In this document: piece by piece, positions 13,607-24,067 of the stretch | Layout of the letters: each line of letters opens with the position of its first letter | How positions within the stretch are numbered: the stretch's first letter is position 1 | Assembly: GCA_973895155.1 (NCBI GenBank) | Contig: OZ316893.1 | Coordinates: forward strand, 26,586,798 to 26,650,797 | Source: Marsupella aquatica | Taxonomy: Eukaryota; Plantae; Marchantiophyta | Direction: 5' to 3' | DNA length: 64,000 nucleotides | The notes under the pieces: generated by a model | Told to the model about the DNA's origin: nothing | Seen by the model: only the letters and a program-made list of their open reading frames with translations | Databases searched by the model: none | Program-made: the position numbers and the translations under genes

Positions 13607-14305
13607 GAAGCTGCTATATTATATGGTGAATCCAATTTTCATGTTTTATCTTATTCAGATTTTGTGTCCAGTATTTTAATCTCAATGTGCCTTAACAAGG
13701 TGAATCATTTGTATTAATTTGATTTTGAATTAACTTTTGGACCCCTTTTAATTTTAGTGAACTTAGACTATTTGACTCCTCTCATAAATGTTTAATATTT
13801 CTTTTCCAATCACTCCTTAGTGAATTCTCTCTTTTCTCATGGAGTGAGAGAAATGAATTTGAATAATGTGCACATCCTGTTTACTAAATTCCCCTCTTTG
13901 TTTTTTTTACAAAATTTATGATTTTAATTGAGTTGACTATCATTATCTAGAAGCAAGTGAAAATCTGGATGTGCCCAACTCTTTAGTACCTACCTTTGTA
14001 CTTTCTTGGTCATTATTGTTTTTCTTTGCATGTACTTACGGTTTTGTGTGTCACTCACTCTTTTAAATAAAGTGTTTATAAGAAAGGGGGTGGGGGGCAA
14101 CAACCACCAGGAGGGAAGGACTCAGGGGCCTAAAGGCCAAGGGGTGAGCAAATTAGTAACTCACCCACTCACTCTTAATTAACAGATTTTAATTTCTTGG
14201 CACATACTTTACATCTACCTTCCTCTTTTATAATAAATAAATTAGATGAATTATAAATCACCACAAAACAAAATAAGGAGCATGTTCTAGGATGAATATG
14301 CTATA
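13607..14305. mobile_element. Unclassified non-coding insertion, copy 1, flanked by a perfect 34 bp direct repeat
   Basis: TGCAAAAAGGCCTGAAATTTTTTCCACTAAACTT at 13573-13606 and 14306-14339; body colinear with 15120-15751. Confidence 0.65.
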
Positions 14306-14977
14306 TGCAAAAAGGCCTGAAATTTTTTCCACTAAACTTTGGCAGTCAAACCCCTTGATAAATGCATGACATTGTTCAGTGGAGTAAATTGCACTCATGG
14401 GGTAGGGGACCAGATTTAGGTCAGTCACCAAAATCTACACTTACAGAGTATAATTGCACATTTAACACGACTGAATGAAGATAATTGTACATTTAACAAG
14501 GCAATGTAAACCTTACACTCATATTGATAACTGCACAATTTCATGGGTTTGCACTTATCACATTGGTTGCTTCTTCCCTCAAGTGTGCACTTAGACAGGA
14601 CTGTACTGTAGACAAGGCAATCATTGAATTATGCTTGTGTGTAGCACGTTTTCTCACTTTTTGTTGGTCATCAGTAGGCAGCTACAGAGCTGACGCTCCA
14701 TGGAAGATACTCTACATACGAGCATGCCTTTAACTGATACATGGGAAAAGCAAAGGCATATCCTAAATGACAGGAGAAGCAATGGCTTTTCGAAAACTCT
14801 AATGGTGGTGATTCTTTACCTTGGGGGTTGAGCACTAGGAAGCATCGTAGCTTGGTTTTTCATTTTTTCCATGATGTTAAGGAATATTCCTTATCTCATT
14901 CTCATTTTGCTATATTATTTTCTGGCAATCAGATTTCCCCAGATTCAAGGATAATATTTAGATTCTGGCTAAACCTG

Positions 14978-15840
14978 AATGAGATCTGAGGCTAAGTGAG
15001 AAACTGGCTAAATGGAATACTGAAAAACTAGATAATTTTTGCAAGCAGTGATAACGCTAATGAGATCTGAGGCTAAGTGAGAAACTGGCTAGTGGAAAAC
15101 TGAAAACCTAGAGAATTCTTGATGCTGCTATAGGGTGAATCCACCTTTCAGATTTTGTCTTTTCATATTTTCAGTCTATATTTTAATTTCAATGTGCCTT
15201 TTCTAGGTGTATCATTTGTGCTGTATAGATTAGAAATGAATTTTGGGACCCCCTTTAATTTTTGCTGTAGTAGAGGATTTTTAGCTCATTTTGACATCCC
15301 TCTTCACTTTTTAGTCTTTGCTATCCTAAGCATTTACTTTACCACCACTAATTTTGAACTTATACTAGTTGGAGAGAAGTTTTATCTGCTCTCATGAGCC
15401 AGAGAAATGAATATGAGCAGTGTGGACAACTAGTGTCTTAAGTTCCCTCCATGATTAGTTTTCCTAAACTTATGGTTTTGATTAAATGATTGTCATTACC
15501 TCAGGCAAGTACGTATGTGTACCTGCACAACTATTCAATATCTTTATTCCATAAGACTTGTACTTTTCATTAGGTGTATTTCTTTGCTTGTGCCCTACTT
15601 CTATGTTGTATCATTCCCCTCATTGTTAAAAGATACTCTTTTCTTTGCATATACTATACTTGTACTGTTGTATATTATTGTAAAAAAAATAGATATCTTA
15701 CACATCACTACAGACAAAAAACAATGCATGTTCCAGGATGAACATGCTATATGGAAAACTGAAAACCTAGAGAATTCTAGCAAAAAGTGATAACCCTACT
15801 GAGACCTGAGGCTAAGTGGTAACATGGCTAATGGAAGAAA
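14978..15840. repeat. Roughly 82 bp tandem repeat, about 3 units, interrupted by the insertion at 15120-15751
   Basis: TGAGA(T/C)CTGAGGCTAAGTG...ACTGAAAA..TAGA.AATT...GTGATAAC units at about 14980, 15061 and 15800. Confidence 0.65.
15120..15751. mobile_element. Unclassified non-coding insertion, copy 2, flanked by a perfect 27 bp direct repeat
   Basis: TGGAAAACTGAAAACCTAGAGAATTCT at 15093-15119 and 15752-15778; same ends as copy 1 (GA.GCTGCTATA ... GGATGAA.ATGCTATA). Confidence 0.7.
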
Positions 15841-17302
15841 TCTAAAAAAATGATGAAGACTGTTTAGAGAAGTGGAATCTAGCAATATTTGGCCATTAAA
15901 AAGAACGCTGGTAGGAAGGGATGATGAAAGGAGCTGATCGGTGGGGTTACTCCCAGGCCTTGTGTGCCAATTCTTGACCCATAGTTATCAAATTAGACTG
16001 GTCACAGAATGCTCTGTTCTTGGCTCGGTGCCCCACCATGTCCCCACGAGTGGGTTGGTCTCAGTTTCTTTCATTGGAATTTTACTTGTTGGTAAAGATG
16101 AAATTGTACTTAAATCGAGGGACAAATTAATTAAGCTGAATTCTTGTTTGCCTATAAGTAAGTATCGATTATACTTAATTGGAGGGCCTAGTGCATTAAC
16201 TATCATTACTCCTAGGGATACAACTTGCCTTGTCATCTAAACATTGACGCATCTATAAAAAATATTAGGACAAGTACTTGAGGGACCCATGATGAAAAAC
16301 ATTATTTGATGGGCCCCAGTCATGAGTGATCCATATTGTTAGTAAACCTTAGATCAACGTACTGAAAACTTCATGTGGTTGGGGTCTATCAAGTTTTAAA
16401 AGATATTACTATTATCTTTAAATTTGTTTTTCAATTCAACCCATTAAAATAGAACAATTGTCCTTTTAGTTTACTACAGGACAAAATTGTTGATGCTTAA
16501 GTCCAGACAATAAGTTCTGGCTGCAACAAAATTCCACGCAGAAGAAACCATGTACACTAGACTTTGACATACAACAATGAGGTGAAATGAAGGATGATCA
16601 AACTATTGTCAAACCTGAAACCAAGTAACCTCAAATTCTTACACGGACACAGATTGAGTCATGGAAAAGTGCTGTGAACTTAAGTCATCTTGTTGTCTCA
16701 TTATGCTCCGGAAGGACTACCAATGACTTAACCCACCACTGTCCATATAAAAGGAGAAGTGTCCAAGACTCCTCACTTTTTCACATTTCTCTCCTCTAGT
16801 GTGAGACTTTGCTCCATAATTTCAGGAAAAGAATACTAAAAATGGTGAAACCTGGTGAACCAGGTTTTGTCATGGACAGTGGCACTTTAAGAAGCCCATC
16901 CTGGAGACCATTCCTAGTTTCAGCCCCTATTTGAAGCCTGAGTAGCTCAACTGAGAAACTCTGCTAAACTCAACTTGGATCTGTGCCTAAATAATAGTCA
17001 ACCTACCCTTATTGGGCCATGCCACATTACCGACAACACAATCTTGCTTCAAAACAGAGATTGTCATTTCAACCGGTACATACTGTGATTTGGCCACATT
17101 AGAGACAACATAATTTTGCTCCAAAACAGTGAGATTGTCATTCCAACCAGTACATGTCAAATGCAACTAGGCAAGAATAATATAGCTTATTGTCATGACT
17201 CTCGATAACAAGGGTTGTATAAAAGTTGCATGCATATGCAATGTCATGCCAACACAGGTATATGCTTGATGGGACCCCTGGCAAAACTTTTGTAAGTGAC
17301 GG

Positions 17303-17647
17303 TGTTGAGCATAGACGACAATCGCAACGGCAAGCCCATGAACCATCCAATGCACAAGAGTCAACATAGAGAGATACGTGGTTCACTTCCACATGAGACT
17401 ACGTCCTCGGGAACACACATGAGCTTTATTGCACTCTAGGTTGACCGGCCATACCAAGCATCCACATCGCAAGCTCTCTCTATCTCTCAACTAGCTTCGT
17501 AACAATGAGCCTGAGTTCCCACTCTCCAAGCAAACACCGTTTGGTAATAGAGTGTGCACAACATGACTAACCTAACCAAGTCTGTGACTAAGATTAGCCT
17601 TAACTATGGTACAGTCGTAACTCTAGACATAAGAGTAAATCCAAACA
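17303..17647 (-). repeat. Copia 3' LTR (345 bp)
   Basis: About 90% identical to 33489-33834 by manual count, mostly transitions; preceded on the minus strand by PPT AAGGGGGAGGT (17648-17658). Confidence 0.95.
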
Positions 17648-17838
17648 ACCTCCCCCTTGACTCTGGTCTAGGGGAGGGTAAAGACTATTACCAATATGAT
17701 TGCTCAGTAGGAAGTTCTCGAAAGAAAAACCAAACCGGTTTTTCCCTCTTTAGACGAGAGTAGACCAGAACTAAGCCGTAGCCTATACAAGGAATGAGCA
17801 AGAGCATATCTCAGTATCTACACAAATGTTAAGTAACC

Positions 17839-18651
17839 CTACTTGTGAGGCAATTGCAAAACCTGAAACGCATCACGGTGTCTAGAAAAACTCTCCAAAT
17901 GAATCACTTTGGTAAAAACATTAGTCGGGTTGAGTTTACCGTCAATCTTGACTAGCTCAAATATATTATCAGACACAGCCTGCCTTATAAAATGGTATCT
18001 GACTTCGATGTGCTTCACTTTGCTGTCCATCACCTGGTTCATAGCAAGGTGGAGTGCACTCTGACTATCACAATGGAGCTTCACATTCCCCTGTGGCAAT
18101 CCCATCTCAGTGATCAATCTATCCAACCAAATCGCTTCCTTTGTTGCTTCTGCTGCAACATACTCCGCTTCTGTAGTAGATTGACCAATACACTTCTGCA
18201 AAGTAGACCTCCAACTTATGCATCCACCGCCAAGTGTGAACACGTAACCTGTTGTTGACCTCCTCCGATCCAGATCCTGTGCATAGTCAGCATCTACATA
18301 GCCCATCAATGATCTAGCATTATCAGCATGTGCATCCAAAAATAGACCATGATCCACGGTACCCTTCAAATACCAAATAATCCACTTCACTGCTTCCCAG
18401 TGTACCTTCCTTGGATTTGACATGTACCTGCTCACCTTGCCCATAGCCATGGCAAGATCAGATCTAGTGCAAGTCATCAAATACATGAGACTCCCCACTG
18501 CCTTGTCATAATGAACCTTTGATATCAGCCCCTTCTCTGTCTCATCCGTAAGACAGAAAGCTTAGAACGACAACTTGAAATGTGGAGCCAACGGGGTACT
18601 TACTGGCTTGCTATCCCCCATGTTGAACCTTGCAATTACCTTCCTTGCATA
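17839..18651 (-). pseudogene. Copia pol 3' part: end of RT and RNase H
   Basis: VGSLMYLMTCTRSD, GYVDADYAQDLDRRRSTTGYVF, STTEAEY, LHCDSQSA and KHIEVRYHFIR motifs. Confidence 0.93.
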
Positions 18652-18787
18652 TGTCGTGCGCATACACATCGCTATACAACATACATCGCTTGTCACACAT
18701 ATCCAAGCATAGTCACAATCTAACGACACAAACCCAAGAGAATGATCTACAAATGGAACCCATGTCCATACATGCCCAAAACCCACA
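18652..18787 (-). repeat. Terminal repeat segment A (136 bp), extreme 3' end of the gypsy element
   Basis: Matches 19119-19254 with 2 substitutions; sense strand reads TGTGGG...GCACGACA. Confidence 0.93.
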
Positions 18788-18788
18788 A

Positions 18789-19254
18789 TAATCTTCTTCA
18801 ATAGTGCAAATCGAACAACGATCGGTGCTAATCCAACAACGATCCCATCCGACGCGATCACACATGTATGTCAAGCCCAACGCACCTTGTGCTTCAAGGA
18901 ATCCACGTTACATGCACACAACCTGGTCAGCCACACCATAGCCACCAAGCTCATGCTCAAAGGCTCAACATTGAAAGATGAGGCCTTTGAGCCAACACAA
19001 GGGGATAACTATCCCTCACACAAACTCAAACTAAACATAGTGCTCATGTGCACACATACAAACCTCTATACCTAGATAGTACGATATACTTTACTATCAC
19101 TCTAAATGGTGTGACAGCTATCGTGCACATACACATCGCTATACAACATACATCGCTTGTCACACATATCCAAGCATAGTCACAATCTAACGACACAAAC
19201 CCAAGAGAATGATCTACAAATGGAACCCATGTCCATACATGCCCAAAACCCACA
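18789..19254 (-). repeat. Putative complete 3' LTR: segment A (19119-19254) + GC + segment B (18789-19116)
   Basis: Preceded on the sense strand by PPT-like CTAGAGGGGCGAT (19255-19267); B matches 27605-27935 with 3 substitutions, 1 indel and loss of the terminal CA. Confidence 0.88.
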
Positions 19255-19429
19255 ATCGCCCCTCTAGCTGAAAGTGAGGTCCCCTAACTCTAGCTAGCCA
19301 TGAGTTCTACAAGGTTGATATACACCTTTTTAGGTGTGAAGATCAGGAGGCTGGGTGCAAGTGAGCCCCATCGATCACCTACCTGCAATCTATATCTTCC
19401 ATGAGAACACAAATGATAACTAGTCGGCA

Positions 19430-20512
19430 TCACCGACATTGAGGACACAACCATGATCCACTAGGAATCATGTGCAAGGGTGGTGTCAAACAAGACATGT
19501 GCCATCCTCTAGAACACCGATCACAAATCAACATAGTAACTGCTCCCTGAGCAGACCCACACAACATACACTTCAAGCCAGCACGAACCTGTGCCAAGCT
19601 TGGATCCACAGTACCATCAATGTTTGGAAGATGACATGGCGCACAATTACGCACATGATCCTTCCAAACCATACCATCACACCCTTCCAATATAAGGACT
19701 CCAGAAGGCAACACTTCACGCACACGTAAGATTGTCCGCCCTGCGGTCACATCAAGCATCGTTGGTGCTGTTTGCTGCAAATAAACATAATCGCCAGGAT
19801 GAAATCTTCTAATCCTCGTGCGATAACCTCCTCCACGAATAGTAGCATACCGCAAAGTATCACGATGTTGGGCAATAGCAAGGTTGTCAAAGGCCATGGG
19901 CATGACTCTCTCAAAAACTTGTGCCCTGTCTGAACAAACCTTGACCCAAACATCTGGGTCATCCAAATCCACAACAGTTGTAACATCACGATGAATAGCC
20001 GCTGGCAAATCTGGTTCTCTACCATAGAGCAAGAAATAAGGTGAAAAGGATGCAAGTGATGCTTGTCGACTAAAACGGTAGCCCATAGCTAACCAAGATA
20101 GTTGGAGATCCCAGTCTCCCAAATGACCAACCTGCAAGCCATACTTACGCAATCCTCTCTTCATAGTTTGTACAACTCTCTCTGCCAATCCATCTGCCTC
20201 AGGATGATCGCGAGAAGTAGTACGATGATCAATCAGAGCTTGCTCACACAAACCCTCAAAATCTCCACGGAATTCCGTGCCCTGATCAGTCAACACCTTA
20301 GCTGGTGCTCCAAAATGACTGAGTACTCGATCCAAAAATGTGGTAGCCACTCCTCCACTAGCTTTATCTAGCAATGCCACTAGTTCAATCCACTTGGAGA
20401 AGTGCTCCACCATAACCAAAACATACCGATTGTGACGTTGGGTAAGAGGCAATGGACCAGCAAAGTCCAAACTCCATCGATATCCCAAACCCATGATCGG
20501 CAGCGGATGCAA
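19430..20512 (-). CDS. Gypsy DDE integrase core with C-terminal PHD finger (open segment of the polyprotein)
   Basis: WSLDFAG, VLTDQGTEF and DGLAERVVQT give the DDE triad; C4HC3 pattern CMLC...LICDRCSRGWHMSCLTPPL..IPSGSWLCPQC. Confidence 0.9.
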   Translation of the reverse strand: MHPLPIMGLGYRWSLDFAGPLPLTQRHNRYVLVMVEHFSKWIELVALLDKASGGVATTFLDRVLSHFGAPAKVLTDQGTEFRGDFEGLCEQALIDHRTTSRDHPEADGLAERVVQTMKRGLRKYGLQVGHLGDWDLQLSWLAMGYRFSRQASLASFSPYFLLYGREPDLPAAIHRDVTTVVDLDDPDVWVKVCSDRAQVFERVMPMAFDNLAIAQHRDTLRYATIRGGGYRTRIRRFHPGDYVYLQQTAPTMLDVTAGRTILRVREVLPSGVLILEGCDGMVWKDHVRNCAPCHLPNIDGTVDPSLAQVRAGLKCMLCGSAQGAVTMLICDRCSRGWHMSCLTPPLHMIPSGSWLCPQCR

Positions 20513-21412
20513 CTGGGGAGTGGGAGCATTGAACGATGCTCACACTCGATCACAAACCACATACTTAGTTATCAATTGCTGGACATCAGTGTGCATACCA
20601 CGCCACCAATACTGTGTGTGCAGCAAGCTATAAGTGCGCTTCACACCAAAGTGCCCTAACTCTTCGTGCGCATGTCGCACCAAATGTACTCGTTGTGACG
20701 GTTTTGGTACAACCAATACCTTCCCATCACGTAGTACCCTCAAAATATGGTTTCCTTCCCATCTAAATCTCTTGGCTCGTTGTAGAACCCTATCACGCTC
20801 CTTAGCATCAACATTGCCACCAATGGAGCCAACACGCAAATATTCCAACACTCTCACATCGTTGTGAATATCTTGCTGTCCAAAAACTATATCACCAACA
20901 TCCATATTGGAAGACTCATCATCTCCTCTATCCAATGAAGTAGAGTCTACATATCCAGTACATACTGGCACCCAACAAAGGAAAGCAGACGCATGCCATC
21001 CTGACACCATCTCCTTATCCGTCTCACCATGCCATCGGGCTCCAGTCTCATCCTCTTGACTGGTACATGGATTGCGGCTCAACCCATCCGCATCCAAATT
21101 CACTTTTCCAGGTCTATGCACAACCTGAAAATCATACTCCTGCAACAACAATGCCCATCGTGCAAGCTTCCCTCTAAGCTTGTCAGACTCCATTAACCAC
21201 TTGAGAGGTTGATGATCAGTGATCAAGGTGAACAAATTACCAAACAAATAGCAACGGAAATGTGCCACAGCCCACACTGCTGCCAAACACTCTCCCTCAT
21301 AAGAGCTATACTTAGCCTCTGCTGAATTGTTGGATCTACTGGCATACGCCACAACAAACTCACTCCCCTCATCATCCTTCTGAGTCAACACTGCTCCAAG
21401 CCCTACTCCACT

Positions 21413-22510
21413 CTAATCAGTGTGAAGCTGAAATGGTCGCCCTGAAATGGGTCTTCTCAAAATATGTGTTGACGCCAGTCTTTCCTTCAACTCCTGGAAA
21501 GCATGCTCCTGGTCGTCTTCCCAAATCCACTCTTGATCCAACTTAGTGAGTATAGTTAAAGGTTTAGCAAGCTGGCTAAATCCTTTAACATACCTCCTAT
21601 AGTAGCTCGCCAATCCCCAAAATGCACGAACTCTGCTCACATCAGTAGGATGAGGAATCTGTGTAATGGCCTCCACCTTAGTCTGTTGCACACCCAATCC
21701 TCCTGGGTAGATAGTGTGGCCCAAATACTCAATCTTCTCTTGAAAGAACTTACACTTGCCGGGATGGAGCTTCAATCCATGTTCCCTCAATCTCTCAAAC
21801 ACAATCTGCAAATGTCTCTAATGTTCTTCCACAGTAGAAGAATAAACCAAAATATCATCAATATAACATCTAACAAAATCCAAACCTGCAAGGATTCGAT
21901 CCATGACTCTCTGGAACTCAGCTGGTGCATTCTTCAACCTAAATGGTAAGAACAACCACTGATACAAATGATCTTTGCCATAAGAATCAATCCCCCAGAA
22001 TGCTGTCTTGGACCTGTCAGAATGCCTAATTGGCAACTGATGGTACCCCGCTCTGAGGTCCAACAAACTAAAAATCCTTGCATGCCCCACTGCATCAAAG
22101 ATCTCCTCCGGTGTGGGCATGGCATATCGATCAGATTTTGTCTGACGATTAATAGGCCGGTAATCACCGCACATTCGCCTATCCGTGTAATTGCCATGCA
22201 CATCCTTCTTGGCTGGCATCACTGTGGCAGATGCATACTCTCCGTATGAAATCTCCACCAAACCAGCTTCCAACAAATCCTGAGTTCTACTCTGGATCAA
22301 TGCCCTCTCCATATCACTATATCGATATGGTCGTCGAAAGATTGGTGCATCACTAGCCAATTCAATCTGAATACCAGGGCCCTTCAATGTTCCCAAATCC
22401 TTCATGCTAAATGCAAAACAATTCCAGTAACTCTTCAAGAATTGATGCATTCGACGTCTCTCACCCCCTGTCAACTTAGGGCCAATTTGTGGCTCCCAAC
22501 TCTCCATCAA
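21413..22510 (-). pseudogene. Gypsy reverse transcriptase with one internal stop
   Basis: RMCGDYRPIN, LDLRAGYHQ, LPFRLKNAPAEFQR, YIDDILVYS and KIEYLGH. Confidence 0.93.
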
Positions 22511-22555
22511 AGCTGTGATGTCTTCCTTTGGGGTTGAAGAGATAGTCGGTGGTTG

Positions 22556-24067
22556 CTATTTAGCAACAATTTGAGCAATCCCAACCTGCTCAACAATCTG
22601 TCCTGCCTTGGCCAATCCTGCCATAGGTCCATGGACTGTCTGCTCGCCCCTAGCTGCGGTCGCTACTGTCTCAATAGACCGCAAGCTCACCAATGGACGA
22701 TCAGTAACACCAAAAGAGCGCATCCGCAATTGTTCAGCTAATCCCAAGCTGATAATCCAAGTCAAGCAATTCAAATCCATGGCTTGACCAAGGACTTGGC
22801 GGCGTGAACTCTCTGACACAGAAGCAACTACAGTAGTGCCTGTCAAAAATCCCATAGCACGCTCTCTTTCATCAATAGTAGGTTCCACTAACTGCTGTAG
22901 AGCTGTATCCCATACAAGTCCAGGCCCACCTGCTCTAAATGCATATGAAGCAGAATGGCTCACAAAAATGGGGAATGCATAACGTGGGCGACCAACTACA
23001 TTGACCACTGCCAATGGAGGTCTGTCAGGCTGGGTCACACCTTGTGCACGACGCCCTGGATCCAAAATATCATCCACCACCAAGGTTGCTGAGCGAGGAA
23101 TGCTATCAAATGCTCGCTTCAACACCTCACAAGGTAACAAATTAGTCCACCACAAGCGTGGACGATGTGCACAAGAACCCACACGTGCAGCATCCAATAA
23201 CACAGCAGGTCCAATCCAAGACTTAACCTGATGAACGCTGGCAACAAGTCGATGACGATCATCACCCAATAATGGCATATTCTCCAAAATGTAGGCAGGG
23301 GAATGTGTCTGATGCAACTGAAGATGACGCAACACCCGTAACATCTCCCAAAACAATGCAGATCTTGGATCATGAAGTCCATGTCCAACTCCAGCTCTAG
23401 ATTGACCTTGACATGGCCAACCTGCAATCACCAAATCAATGGGGCCAACGCGATCCAGATGATCCGCCCCCAACAATGAAATATCAGCTGGTAATGCATG
23501 CTGATAACCACGAACGGCATCCACTGGCAACAATTGTGGGTAGCGTTCGACCAACAATGCCACATGACGTAATGAGACTCTACGTGCTGTCTCATCAGTC
23601 TCCACATACAAATAACGATGCACTGGAATGCCGGCTTGAAGAACGGCAGCCAATCCAGTGCTAATTCCACCAAATAAATCCAACAAACAAATACCCTCAT
23701 GTGGATATTGCCATGCAATAGGAGTAGTATCCAGTGGTGAAAGAGTCACTGGTCCATTTGCAGTTGATTGCTCTGCTCCTGATTGCGGTGTAAAAGCATG
23801 ACGCCATGCATCATGTATCAATCGGGCCGCACTTTGTGGCAAGGCCTGTCCAGTACCCCATACTGGTGTCACAACACTATCAATGGGCAATCCATGCATC
23901 AAGTGTTCCTCATGTGCCTCCTCCACCATAGGAACATCTACTGCATGTGCGTTACCCTCAATCAAATCATCAGCTCCAGTAATCAAACTACTAAATGCTG
24001 CCAAAGATAATGGTGCAGATTTGGGGCCTCCAACAGGTCCACTAAATCGCACGGGCAATTGACTCAA
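22556..24067 (-). CDS. Retrotransposon-encoded DNMT3-like C5-cytosine methyltransferase domain (about 22750-23700), open segment of the polyprotein
   Basis: Ordered motifs I LDLFGGI, II YVETD, IV DLVIAGWPCQ, V DPRSALF, VI ILENM, VIII AHRPRLWWTNL, IX ERERAMGF, X RRQVLGQAM. Confidence 0.9.
   Translation of the reverse strand: MSQLPVRFSGPVGGPKSAPLSLAAFSSLITGADDLIEGNAHAVDVPMVEEAHEEHLMHGLPIDSVVTPVWGTGQALPQSAARLIHDAWRHAFTPQSGAEQSTANGPVTLSPLDTTPIAWQYPHEGICLLDLFGGISTGLAAVLQAGIPVHRYLYVETDETARRVSLRHVALLVERYPQLLPVDAVRGYQHALPADISLLGADHLDRVGPIDLVIAGWPCQGQSRAGVGHGLHDPRSALFWEMLRVLRHLQLHQTHSPAYILENMPLLGDDRHRLVASVHQVKSWIGPAVLLDAARVGSCAHRPRLWWTNLLPCEVLKRAFDSIPRSATLVVDDILDPGRRAQGVTQPDRPPLAVVNVVGRPRYAFPIFVSHSASYAFRAGGPGLVWDTALQQLVEPTIDERERAMGFLTGTTVVASVSESSRRQVLGQAMDLNCLTWIISLGLAEQLRMRSFGVTDRPLVSLRSIETVATAARGEQTVHGPMAGLAKAGQIVEQVGIAQIVAK

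Noticed and set aside
18562-19253. Duplicated ORFs sharing GFGHVWTWVPFVDHSLG
   Set aside because: Translation of the duplicated terminal segment A, not a gene
7368-24067. PWWP gene, PHD and DNMT3-like MTase near each other, echoing the animal DNMT3 domain set
   Set aside because: The PWWP gene is a spliced host gene on the opposite strand, about 8 kb outside the element; proximity is probably coincidental
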